Origin: Candidatus Latescibacterota bacterium | GTDB lineage: Bacteria; Latescibacterota; UBA2968; UBA8231 | DNA length: 64,000 nt | Assembly: GCA_965248265.1 (NCBI GenBank) | Contig: CBDFJF010000001.1 | Coordinates: 2,656,001 to 2,720,000, forward strand | Direction: 5' to 3' | Shown: positions 49,345-58,363 of the stretch, piece by piece | Position numbering within the stretch: position 1 is the first letter of the stretch | How the letters are laid out: every line of letters begins with the position of its first letter | Made by a program: the position numbers and the translations under genes | The notes under the pieces: generated by a model | Databases searched by the model: none | The model's input: the letters and a program-made list of their open reading frames with translations, nothing else | What the model was told of the DNA's origin: nothing

Positions 49345-49986
49345 ATGACACAGTTGAGGAGTTTGTGGCGTAGCGTGCCGACTTTCGCGGTCGCCTTCGT
49401 GGCCCTTGCTGGAGTTACCGAAGTAAACGCCCAGAGTGACGACGAACTGGAACTCAGTGCGACCCTGGATGGCAATTACGCCAACGGCGTGGCCATCACG
49501 GATGGAACCTGGGAGGTATCGGATCCGGAAGCAGGCATCAGCATGGTGTTTTCTGCCACCGGACTGGTTGACGTAAACCAGTTCGAGTTCATCCTGACCT
49601 TCGAACCGCTGGCGGCGTTCGACATCAGTAGCGCTCGATTCCGCCCCTTCGTATCCGACGACTTTACCGTCGAGTTCGACACACCGGGAAGAGGGGTCGA
49701 GGTTCTGGACGACGACCGATTGCGCCTGGGAGCCGGAGTGTTCGAGAGTCTGGTCAACGGCGACACCGAACTGGGCACCCTGACGCTGACGACGAGTACG
49801 ACCTTCGACCCGAATGAGTCCGCCCGCATCCTCGTTGACTTCTTCTCTGTCGGCCCGGCGGCCGATGACCGGGATGAGCATGACGAGACCGCCCTGGGAA
49901 GCATGGGCGTCATCGTCGCGGCCGCGACGGCCGTGGAGTCCACAACCTGGGGATCCGTGAAGGAAACTCCGCTAGTGCTCTGTTAA
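49345..49986 (+). CDS. Secreted acidic protein with C-terminal 'AVESTTWGSVK' tail; last codons altered by IS
   Basis: Signal peptide ending 'VNA'; paralog of 48703..49299; stop codon now supplied by the IS left end. Confidence 0.75.
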   Translation: MTQLRSLWRSVPTFAVAFVALAGVTEVNAQSDDELELSATLDGNYANGVAITDGTWEVSDPEAGISMVFSATGLVDVNQFEFILTFEPLAAFDISSARFRPFVSDDFTVEFDTPGRGVEVLDDDRLRLGAGVFESLVNGDTELGTLTLTTSTTFDPNESARILVDFFSVGPAADDRDEHDETALGSMGVIVAAATAVESTTWGSVKETPLVLC

Positions 49987-51130
49987 GAAATCGAGCTTGT
50001 ACTTTGTCGTAAGTCGTGGTATCATGGATACATATGGTGAATCCGTCAGGAGGGTCATGCTATGTGTCTCCATGCTCGTTCGCCGAACGCGGCGGAGTCT
50101 AAGGAACTGGGACGGTGGCTGAAACGGCCTCGCAACGCCGTGCAGATGCGCCGTGGGCAGTTGATCTCGTTCAGCGCCCAGGGCATGCGCGTCCAGGAGA
50201 TCTCGGATACACTGCATCTGCATGAGGAGTACGTTCGCCAGTTGATCCGCCAGTACAACGAAGGGGGATTGACGGTTTTGCGCACTCGGGCACGTCCGGG
50301 GCGTCCTTCGAAGTTGACGCCGGAGGACGAATCCGTGGTGGTGGAAATTGCCACGATGCCCCCCCGTGCATTCGGCCAGCCGTTCAACCAGTGGTCGTTG
50401 CGCAAGCTGACCGACTGCCTGGTGGGACGGCAGATGATTCCCGAGGTTTCGCATGTGACCATCGGAAAAATCCTGGATCAACATAAGGTTACCTATCAAC
50501 GGACGCGCACCTGGAAAGAATCAAAGGACCCGGAGTTTGTCTCTAAAAAAAACGCATCAACCGACTCTACAAGCGGGCGCCGAAAGACACGGTCGTAGTC
50601 TGTTTCGACGAACTGGGACCAGTCCAGATCAAGCCGCATGCCGGTGCTTCCTGGGCCCCACACAAGCGCCCGGTCCGGCATCGGGCAACCTATAGCCGCC
50701 ACGGCGGCGTCAGCTATTTCTTTGGAGCCTATAACGTCCATGAGGACATCCTGTGGATGCATCACAAACCCAAGAAACATGCGTCGGTCGTACTCGATTT
50801 CCTCAAGGCCATTCGGCTCCGCTATCGCACGGCGGAGCGGATCTATGTCGTCATGGATAATCTGTCGACGCACAAGACACCGCCGATCCTGCGTTGGTGC
50901 CGACGAAACCGGGTCTCGCCGGTCTTCACCGCCACCAACGCGTCATGGATGAATCGGCTCGAATGTCACCTCACGGCAGCCCATTACTTCGTCATTAAAA
51001 ACAGCGATCCCAACGATCATCGAGAAGTCGGCCAGCGCATGCAGGAGTACCTGAGGTGGCGAAACAAGAACACCGACAACGCCAAGCTGGCCAAAGTCCA
51101 AAACTCAATGCCCACTCTTTAACAGAGCAC
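49975..51130 (+). mobile_element. IS630-family insertion sequence (1156 bp)
   Basis: 12-bp perfect TIR GTGCTCTGTTAA / TTAACAGAGCAC; TA duplication at 49973-74 and 51131-32 within CTAG. Confidence 0.95.
50062..51122 (+). CDS. IS630 transposase, two frames joined by a -1 shift at A8 (50545-50552)
   Basis: HTH ORF ('PGRPSK', 'WSLRKL'); the -1 frame gives 'KRINRLY..VCFDE..MDN..WMNRLE' (DDE triad). Confidence 0.9.
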
Positions 51131-51151
51131 TAGAGCGGTGACACCTCCTGG

Positions 51152-51180
51152 TTGACTAGGTAGGATAGCGCCGTTAGCTT
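51152..51180 (+). promoter_or_regulatory. Putative tRNA promoter
   Basis: TTGACT-N17-TAGCTT, 15 bp before the tRNA. Confidence 0.55.
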
Positions 51181-51195
51181 GTCCTTGACGTCTTC

Positions 51196-51271
51196 GGGGC
51201 TGTAGCTCAGTTGGGAGAGCGCCTGAATGGCATTCAGGAGGTCAGGGGTTCGATTCCCCTCAGCTCCACCA
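51196..51271 (+). tRNA. tRNA-Ala(GGC)
   Basis: GGGGCTG/CAGCTCC acceptor stem with G3:U70, anticodon stem CCTGA/TCAGG with GGC, TTCGA T-loop, encoded CCA. Confidence 0.98.
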
Positions 51272-51279
51272 AATCGATC

Positions 51280-51321
51280 ACCCCTCTGCGTCGATCATTG
51301 CGCCGAGGGGTTTTCTGTTTT
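51280..51321 (+). terminator. Terminator-like hairpin after tRNA
   Basis: ACCCCTC...GAGGGGT followed by TTTCTGTTTT. Confidence 0.6.
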
Positions 51322-51379
51322 CCCCATTCTCGCGCCCCCGCAGCCCGAGTGGGATACTCGGACAGGCTCATAAGACACT

Positions 51380-51685
51380 GTGCTGGAACTTCGCGACGTC
51401 GCCTGGATGCGACTGCAGTGGAAGCGCTTCAAGCGATTGCTGGGCGGCGCCACCGGTATGTTCTGGCTGCTGTGCAGCAGCGGTGTTCTCTTCCTTCCTG
51501 AGGAGGAAGACGGCGAAACCTGGTTTTGGGCCCGAATCTCTCTTCTCGTGTGCCTGTTCTGTTCCACCATCGTCAGCCTGTGGCTGTACATCGCCGCTCG
51601 CCGGGAAATCAAACGCCTCGAGCGAGTGAGTGCCGACATGCGTGTTCAGGAGGCCAAGGAGCAGCGAGAGCGCAAGGCACGATGA
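51380..51685 (+). CDS. Small two-TM hypothetical protein
   Basis: Two hydrophobic segments and a charged tail; ATGA overlap with mfd. Confidence 0.55.
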   Translation: MLELRDVAWMRLQWKRFKRLLGGATGMFWLLCSSGVLFLPEEEDGETWFWARISLLVCLFCSTIVSLWLYIAARREIKRLERVSADMRVQEAKEQRERKAR

Positions 51686-54600
51686 CGACTTCTCCGGCCC
51701 TCGACGCCATCGCCAGAAAGACGTCTGCAACCCGCAGCTTCCGGGAAGTGGTCTCACGACTGGAGCAGGGCGAGCGCAGTATTGAACTGCACGGTCTGCC
51801 GACGACGCTGGCGGCTTTCCTCGTCACCCACGTGCAACGCTCCCTGCCCCACCCCCTGTTGGTAGTGGCAGCCGACGAAGACCGCGCTGAGCAGTGGCGC
51901 GATGACCTGCAGGCCATCGCCGGCGAGGAGATCGTGCGCTATTTCCCTGCCTGGGACGTCGATCTGTACGACCGCCGATCTCCATCACAGGAGATCTCCG
52001 GACTGCGCATAGAGGCGCTGGACCGATTGGCCCGAAAACAACCTGCCATCATCGTCGCTCCTGCGGCTGCTCTGGTCACCCCGGTAATTCCACCCCATGC
52101 GCTGGAACTGGGGATGTTGAGCCTCAAGATCAATGGCGAGTTTCCACTCGACCAACTGGCCTCTCATCTGGTTGATACCGGGTTCGAGCGGGTACCCATG
52201 GTGGACGCAATCGGCCAGTTCAGCGTGCGTGGAGGCATCGTCGATATCTCACCAGTGGGCGTCGAAAACCCAGTGCGTCTGGAGTTTTTTGGGGACGAAA
52301 TCGAGTCCATCAGAGCATTCGACCTGTCGTCGCAACGATCGGTTGGCGCTCTGGAGGCCATCGATGTGCTGCCAGCACGTGAGGTGTTGATGAGCCCTCC
52401 ATTCTTCCAGGATTACGCCGCGGCTGTGCAGGCGGCCGGTAGCGAAGCGGACATCGATCTGAGTGAGGTGCGGGATCAGCTGGAACTGGGTGGATCGCTC
52501 GAGGGCATAGAGGTTTATATGGCCATCCTCTACGGACGCGATGGTGGGTTGTTCGAGTACCTCGACAACCCGGTCCTGTTCTGCGACGATGAAAACGAAA
52601 TCGCCGGCGCGCTCGAGAGTGCCATGCTGCCCTCCTACAAAGAGTACGAGCGCCATGCCGACCGCAAAACCCACCTGCCGCCTGATCACATCATCCGCGA
52701 TGGAACTTGGCTAACGGGGCAGATCAACGCGCAATCACGCCTGGTGTCGAACCTGCTCTCGCCTGGAGAAGGAGCGATCCGCTCGAGAGCGATCCGCCCA
52801 AGGGCGATCCGCTTCGACGCCAGGGAGCCACAGATCGTTTACGGTGAGCTCCCCGTACTGCGACAGGAAATCACCAAACTGACCAGCCAGAGCTTCGAGG
52901 TTCACGTCCTGGCCGAAAGTCAGGGACAGTGCAACCGGCTGGAGGAGATTCTCTCAGACTGGAGTGAGACGCTGGCCTTCGGCCTCGGCTCCCTGCAGCG
53001 AGGGTTCGTCTTTCCCGAAGCCAAAGTCGCCCTGTACAATGATCATGAAATCTTCAGCCGGCAGAAACAGCGTTATCGGTATCGCCGGTTCAGGGAAGCC
53101 AAACCGATATCCGGGTTTCAGGCGCTGCATTTGGGTGATGTCGTCGTCCACGTCGACCACGGTATCGGCCGCTACCGTGGTATCCGTCGACTGGAACTCG
53201 GGGGCAGGGACCACGACTGCCTGGAGATAGCCTACCAGGGTGACGACAAGCTCTTCATCCCGGTGGAGCAGCTGAATCGGCTGCGCAAGTATTCCAGCGC
53301 TGATGCCGAGCCGCCTTTGCTGAACCGCCTCGGATCGAACGCCTGGGAGAAGCTCAAGGAGCGCACCCGGGAAGAGATCTTCAAGATGGCCAGCGAACTC
53401 ATTCAGTTGTATGCGGAGCGCAAGACTCGTCCAGGGATGCAGTATGCTCCAGACACACCGCTGCAGCGCGAACTGGAAGCGGCGTTCCCTTTCCAGGAGA
53501 CCCCGGACCAATTGCGCACCATGGAGGATGTCAAGAAGGATATGGAGTCGGCCAACCCCATGGACCGGCTGGTGTGCGGCGATGTGGGTTACGGCAAGAC
53601 GGAGATCGCGGTGCGGGCCGCTTTCAAGGCCGTGTGCTCCGGTAAACAGGTGGCGGTACTGGTGCCGACGACGATCCTGGCACAGCAACATTACCAGACC
53701 TTCACCGAGCGCATGTCGCAGATGCCGGTACGCATTGACGTATTGAGCCGCTTTCGCACCGCCAAGGCACAACGAAGTGTTGTCAGCGATCTCAATCAGG
53801 GAAAAGTCGACATCCTGGTCGGCACTCATCGCATCCTTTCCAAGGATGTGCGGTTCGCAGATTTGGGCCTGCTCGTCGTCGACGAGGAACAGCGTTTCGG
53901 CGTCAAACACAAGGAACAGATCAAGAAGCTGAAAAGGCTCGTCGACGTCATCGCCCTCACGGCGACACCGATTCCACGAACTCTGCACATGTCGTTGATG
54001 GGTTCGCGAGACATGTCCGTCATCAACACCCCACCGCAAGACCGGTTGCCGATCCATACAGAGATCATCGCCTTCGACGAGGATCGCATCACTCAAGCCA
54101 TCGCCCGCGAAGTACAGCGCGGTGGCCAAGTCTATTTCGTCCACAATCGAATTCGATCGATCTTCCGCCTTGCCCAATACCTTGAAGAGCTGCTGCCGCA
54201 GGTGCGGTTCGCCGTGGCCCACGGACAAATGCCAGCCAGGCAGCTGGAAACCATCATGCACGACTTTCTGGAACGGAAGTACGATTGTCTCGTCAGTACA
54301 ATGATTATCGAGTCGGGAATCGACATACCTTCCGTCAACACGATTCTGGTCAACCGCGCCGACATGCTGGGCCTGGGTCAGCTTTATCAGATTCGTGGTC
54401 GCGTCGGGCGCTCCAAGGAGCGCGCCTATGCCTATCTGATGGTTCCCAAAGGCAAGCGGCTGACCAAAAAGAGCAGGTTGCGCCTGAGGGCGATCGAGGA
54501 GTTCGCCGACCTGGGATCCGGGTTCAATATCGCCATGCGCGACATGGAGATCCGTGGCGCCGGCAACATCATCGGAGCACAGCAGCACGGCTTCATCGCT

Positions 54601-55119
54601 GCCGTCGGCTTTGATCTGTATTGCCGCCTTCTGGATGAGGCAGTGCGCGAACTCAAAGGCGAGGTAGCCGATACCGGAATCGAACCCGATATCAAGATTT
54701 CCGTTACCGCCTACATTCCCGACGAGTACGTGCCGGATACGGATCTCAAGATGGAGTTTTACCAACGCCTCGCCGAGGCCAGGCGCATCGTCGATCTGCT
54801 GTCGATCGTGGAGGAGATGCAGGACCGCTTTGGCCGTATGCCCTACCAGGCGCAGTCATTGCTCAACATTATGGAGATCAAGATCATGGCTAGCCAACTG
54901 GGGTTGGCTGGAGTGCAACTCGAGAAATCCCGGCTTCGCCTTATCTTTCCTGAGGAGGTCGGCCCGTCCCCGGCGGAGATTCAGCAGTTGGTGCAAAAGA
55001 GCTCGGTCGATCTCGAGTTCGATGTCGGTGAGCGCTTGACGGTAGAAACCTTCATCCGCGCCACGGATGAACAGGAGCGACTGACCAAGGCCGTGGAAAT
55101 AATCCAGGAGATGGTGTGA
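51682..55119 (+). CDS. mfd: Transcription-repair coupling factor
   Basis: UvrB-like N-terminus, 'VVHVDHGIG', 'GDVGYGKTE', 'DEEQRFGV', 'QIRGRVGR', TRCF C-terminus. Confidence 0.98.
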   Translation: MTTSPALDAIARKTSATRSFREVVSRLEQGERSIELHGLPTTLAAFLVTHVQRSLPHPLLVVAADEDRAEQWRDDLQAIAGEEIVRYFPAWDVDLYDRRSPSQEISGLRIEALDRLARKQPAIIVAPAAALVTPVIPPHALELGMLSLKINGEFPLDQLASHLVDTGFERVPMVDAIGQFSVRGGIVDISPVGVENPVRLEFFGDEIESIRAFDLSSQRSVGALEAIDVLPAREVLMSPPFFQDYAAAVQAAGSEADIDLSEVRDQLELGGSLEGIEVYMAILYGRDGGLFEYLDNPVLFCDDENEIAGALESAMLPSYKEYERHADRKTHLPPDHIIRDGTWLTGQINAQSRLVSNLLSPGEGAIRSRAIRPRAIRFDAREPQIVYGELPVLRQEITKLTSQSFEVHVLAESQGQCNRLEEILSDWSETLAFGLGSLQRGFVFPEAKVALYNDHEIFSRQKQRYRYRRFREAKPISGFQALHLGDVVVHVDHGIGRYRGIRRLELGGRDHDCLEIAYQGDDKLFIPVEQLNRLRKYSSADAEPPLLNRLGSNAWEKLKERTREEIFKMASELIQLYAERKTRPGMQYAPDTPLQRELEAAFPFQETPDQLRTMEDVKKDMESANPMDRLVCGDVGYGKTEIAVRAAFKAVCSGKQVAVLVPTTILAQQHYQTFTERMSQMPVRIDVLSRFRTAKAQRSVVSDLNQGKVDILVGTHRILSKDVRFADLGLLVVDEEQRFGVKHKEQIKKLKRLVDVIALTATPIPRTLHMSLMGSRDMSVINTPPQDRLPIHTEIIAFDEDRITQAIAREVQRGGQVYFVHNRIRSIFRLAQYLEELLPQVRFAVAHGQMPARQLETIMHDFLERKYDCLVSTMIIESGIDIPSVNTILVNRADMLGLGQLYQIRGRVGRSKERAYAYLMVPKGKRLTKKSRLRLRAIEEFADLGSGFNIAMRDMEIRGAGNIIGAQQHGFIAAVGFDLYCRLLDEAVRELKGEVADTGIEPDIKISVTAYIPDEYVPDTDLKMEFYQRLAEARRIVDLLSIVEEMQDRFGRMPYQAQSLLNIMEIKIMASQLGLAGVQLEKSRLRLIFPEEVGPSPAEIQQLVQKSSVDLEFDVGERLTVETFIRATDEQERLTKAVEIIQEMV

Positions 55120-55970
55120 AGGATATTCGATTGTCGTGCCGGTTGCGCGCTATCGCGTTGGTTGGTCTTTGGTTGATGTCTTTTACTTGCGGCCCGGAGC
55201 GTCACAGCACGCCCGTGGTGGCGCGTGTCGGCGATACCGCCTTGACCGTAGCGCAAGTGCAGAACCGGGTAGCGCCTGGGCTGGGTCCAGACGAGACCGC
55301 CGCGCAAAGAAGAGAGTTCGTGGACAAGTGGATAGAACAGCAGCTGGTGTACCAGGAAGCTCTGGCTCAGGGCCTGGACGAGAACGCCCGGGTCCAGCAG
55401 CTGTTGGATGAGGCCCGCCGTGATGTATTGGTCGCCAGTTTCCTGAACCGGGAATTCGAGGCCCAGGTCGAAATTTCAGAGTTTGAGATCACCGACTACT
55501 TTGCAACTCACTCGCAGGAGTTTTCGCGCACGGAAGATGAAATCCGGGCGCAGCATATTTTACTCAATTTCAACCAACGCCATGCGAACAAATTGAGGCA
55601 GCAGTTGGTACAGGGGGATTCCTTCGAGGACGCTGCGCTTGAGCATTCCCTCGACCAGAGCAGCAAGGGTGCTGGGGGTGATCTTGGATACTTCGGAGCC
55701 GAAGACTATCCGGAGCTCTGGCAAGCGTGCCAGAATCTGACGATCAACCGCCTGTCGAAGCCGGTCGAATCGAACCGCGGCTTACACCTGGTCCGCGTGC
55801 TGGACCGGCAGGAAGCGGGAACCGTGAAGGATCTGGAACAGGTTCGCCGTGAAATCGTTGAGACGCTGGTGCATCAGCATTACCGGCAGCAACTCGGCGA
55901 TTTGGTCCAACGACTGAAATCCGAAATGAGCTGGGAATTCGATGAGGGCCAACTCGATGGCAGCTCGTAG
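55116..55970 (+). CDS. PpiC-type peptidyl-prolyl isomerase (probable lipoprotein)
   Basis: 'RAQHIL', 'SFEDAALEHS.D', 'GGDLGYF'. Confidence 0.88.
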   Translation: MKDIRLSCRLRAIALVGLWLMSFTCGPERHSTPVVARVGDTALTVAQVQNRVAPGLGPDETAAQRREFVDKWIEQQLVYQEALAQGLDENARVQQLLDEARRDVLVASFLNREFEAQVEISEFEITDYFATHSQEFSRTEDEIRAQHILLNFNQRHANKLRQQLVQGDSFEDAALEHSLDQSSKGAGGDLGYFGAEDYPELWQACQNLTINRLSKPVESNRGLHLVRVLDRQEAGTVKDLEQVRREIVETLVHQHYRQQLGDLVQRLKSEMSWEFDEGQLDGSS

Positions 55971-57258
55971 CGTTCTCGGCGTCGGTGCCCTTTTTCTAGT
56001 CACCGTCGTCATTACCATAGTAGCTCCCTCCAAGGCGGAGGCGTCCGCGCCACCGGAACTGCTGGACCGGATAGTCGCCGTCGTCGACGACGAGGTAATC
56101 CTGTGGTCTGAACTCAACTTTCGTGTCCTGGAAGAGATGAGGCTGGCGGGTGGCTACCCGTCTGTTGCTGAAATCGAGCGCCGACGCGTTCTCAACCTCG
56201 ATACCATGATGGACGAGCAAGTGTTGGTCTCCAAGGCCAAGCACGACAGTGTCGAAATTGATAATACGGAAGTAGAGGAGTTGCTCAGTGACCAGCTCAA
56301 TCAGATAAAGACGACCATGGCCCCGGGAGAGTTGGAAGAAATGCTGGATCGCTCCGGTATGTCTGAGCGCCAGCTGAAAGCGAAATACCGCAAGCAGATC
56401 CGGCACCAACTCCTGTACCAACAGATGGTCAGGATTCTCGCGTCGCGTCAATTCGTCAACCGTCGGGACGTGGACGACTATCGCCAGGCGCACCTCGACT
56501 CGCTGCCTGCCCAGGTTTCCCTGAGCCAGATCTTTTTTAAGGTCGAAGCAAGCGCAGATGTGCTGCATGGAGCCCAGGTGAGACTGGAGGAAGCGCGGAA
56601 ACGGCTCGATACGGGTGCTGATTTCGCCGATGTCGCTCGTGAGCTGTCGGAAGATCCGGGAACCGCCAGTGATGGAGGCGACCTGGGGTGCTATTCCCCG
56701 GGCACGCTCGTGCCGGAATTCGAGCGAGCGGCGGCCGAGCTCAAACCGGGACAGATCAGCGATCCCGTGCTGACGGAGTACGGGTACCACCTGATCCAGC
56801 TTCGAGAGATTCGTGAGACCGAAGTCTGTGCCAGCCACATCCTGGCGTTGGCCCGTACCAACGAAGGGGACCGAAGGCTTGTCGTCGATCGCCTGCGCGA
56901 ACTTCGCGAGCGCGCCCTGCAAGGCGAAGACTTCGCGGACCTGGCGCGCCAGTACTCGCAGGATCCCCGCACGGCCCAACAGGGTGGTTGGTGGAATACC
57001 TTGAAAAAAGAGGAGATACCCCCCTTCCTGGTCCCGTTTGTCGGCCACCTGCGACTGGGCGAGATCTCGGAGCCCTTTGTGATGGAGGATGGCGCCCGCA
57101 TCATTCACGTCAACGACGATCAGAATACCCTGGAGTCCTTCGTTCGCGAGCAGCTGATGATTGATCGGATGCGCGAACTCATCGACACCCACAAGCTGGA
57201 AATCCACGTCGAAAACCGCCTGGAAGATGACTTCCTCTGGCAGTGGGTGGGACGATGA
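55957..57258 (+). CDS. surA: SurA-like chaperone/PPIase
   Basis: 'DRIVAVVDDEVIL.SEL' N-domain and two parvulin domains. Confidence 0.85.
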   Translation: MAARSVLGVGALFLVTVVITIVAPSKAEASAPPELLDRIVAVVDDEVILWSELNFRVLEEMRLAGGYPSVAEIERRRVLNLDTMMDEQVLVSKAKHDSVEIDNTEVEELLSDQLNQIKTTMAPGELEEMLDRSGMSERQLKAKYRKQIRHQLLYQQMVRILASRQFVNRRDVDDYRQAHLDSLPAQVSLSQIFFKVEASADVLHGAQVRLEEARKRLDTGADFADVARELSEDPGTASDGGDLGCYSPGTLVPEFERAAAELKPGQISDPVLTEYGYHLIQLREIRETEVCASHILALARTNEGDRRLVVDRLRELRERALQGEDFADLARQYSQDPRTAQQGGWWNTLKKEEIPPFLVPFVGHLRLGEISEPFVMEDGARIIHVNDDQNTLESFVREQLMIDRMRELIDTHKLEIHVENRLEDDFLWQWVGR

Positions 57259-57557
57259 CTCGTCTCGATCAATATTTGAAATACACCGGCCTGCTGAAGC
57301 AGCGCAGCGAGGCCAAACGCGCCTGTCAGGGAGGTGAGGTCCGTGTCGACGGGATGCCTGCCAAGGCAGGCCGGGAGGTGCGCGTCGGCGAGATCCTGAC
57401 AATCGACACACCGACCCGGCATGTCGAGGCGCAGGTCCTTGACATACCCCGGCACCCGGTGGCGAAGAGCAGGCGTGGTGATTTTTGTCGCATCATCGAA
57501 GAGCGGAGGCATGAGCACGAAGAGCAAGAGGAACACCTGAGCTTCGACGAATTCTGA
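57255..57557 (+). CDS. S4-domain RNA-binding protein (Hsp15/RqcP-like)
   Basis: 'RLDQYL...GLLKQRSEAK.AC.GG.V.V.G..AK'. Confidence 0.88.
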   Translation: MTRLDQYLKYTGLLKQRSEAKRACQGGEVRVDGMPAKAGREVRVGEILTIDTPTRHVEAQVLDIPRHPVAKSRRGDFCRIIEERRHEHEEQEEHLSFDEF

Positions 57558-58324
57558 TGATTCAGCAGACTCCAACAGATGAACGGCCGGCCTATGAGGG
57601 ACTCGCGGCGATCTATGACCATGTCATGCGCCACGTCGATTACTCGGAATGGGCCCGTTACATAGATTCGGTCTTCAAGCGACACGGTGTTGAACCGGCG
57701 ACCCTCGTCGATCTGGCGTGCGGCACGGGCAACGTGACTATGCAATTGAACCATCTGGGGTACTCAATTAGGGGTGTTGACCGCTCCGGTGCCATGGTGG
57801 AGGTGGCGCAATCCAAGTCGGATAATCTGGGCAGTCCGGTGGCCTTCAGGCGCGGCGACCTTCGCCAACTGGACGGGCTGGGGCCATTCAGCGCCGCCGT
57901 TTGCCTGTATGACAGCTTCAATTACCTGACCACCAGTACTGACGTCGACCTCGCCTTCGCGCAGGTCTACGAGGTGCTCGAGCCGCGCGGAATGTTCATC
58001 TTCGACGTGTGCACGGAGCGCAATTCCCTCATGCACTTTCAGGATATTCAGGAGTCGGAGCAGGGACCCGGTTTTGTGTACTCCCGGCACAGTTATTACG
58101 ATAGAGAGCAGAAAATGCAGTTCAACAGTTTCAAGATTCGCTTCGATGGCCAAGAGTCGACGGTGACGGAAACCCACGCACAACGCATCTACGCCCACGA
58201 CGAAATGGTGGAACTCATCGGTAAGAGCCAGTTTGATCTGGTGGACGCCTACGACGGCTTCACCTTGTCCAACGGGTCCGACGATTCCGACCGCGTCCAC
58301 TTCATTCTGAGAAAGGCGGAGTAA
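57557..58324 (+). CDS. Class I SAM-dependent methyltransferase
   Basis: 'LAAIYD', 'DLACGTG', 'DSFNYL', 'FIFD'. Confidence 0.9.
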   Translation: MIQQTPTDERPAYEGLAAIYDHVMRHVDYSEWARYIDSVFKRHGVEPATLVDLACGTGNVTMQLNHLGYSIRGVDRSGAMVEVAQSKSDNLGSPVAFRRGDLRQLDGLGPFSAAVCLYDSFNYLTTSTDVDLAFAQVYEVLEPRGMFIFDVCTERNSLMHFQDIQESEQGPGFVYSRHSYYDREQKMQFNSFKIRFDGQESTVTETHAQRIYAHDEMVELIGKSQFDLVDAYDGFTLSNGSDDSDRVHFILRKAE

Positions 58325-58363
58325 GCCCGCCGTCTAAGGACGCGTGCTTATTCCCGCCGCACC

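Noticed and set aside
50062-51122. Transposase pseudogene
   Set aside because: The break falls at the typical IS630 A-run recoding site; TIRs and DDE residues are intact
51196-51330. Genomic island integrated at tRNA-Ala
   Set aside because: No integrase or duplicated tRNA 3' end seen; downstream genes are core
52954-54765. Long antisense ORF (603 aa)
   Set aside because: Shadow opposite mfd; the same applies to 30700..31953 (secA) and 55996..57411 (surA)
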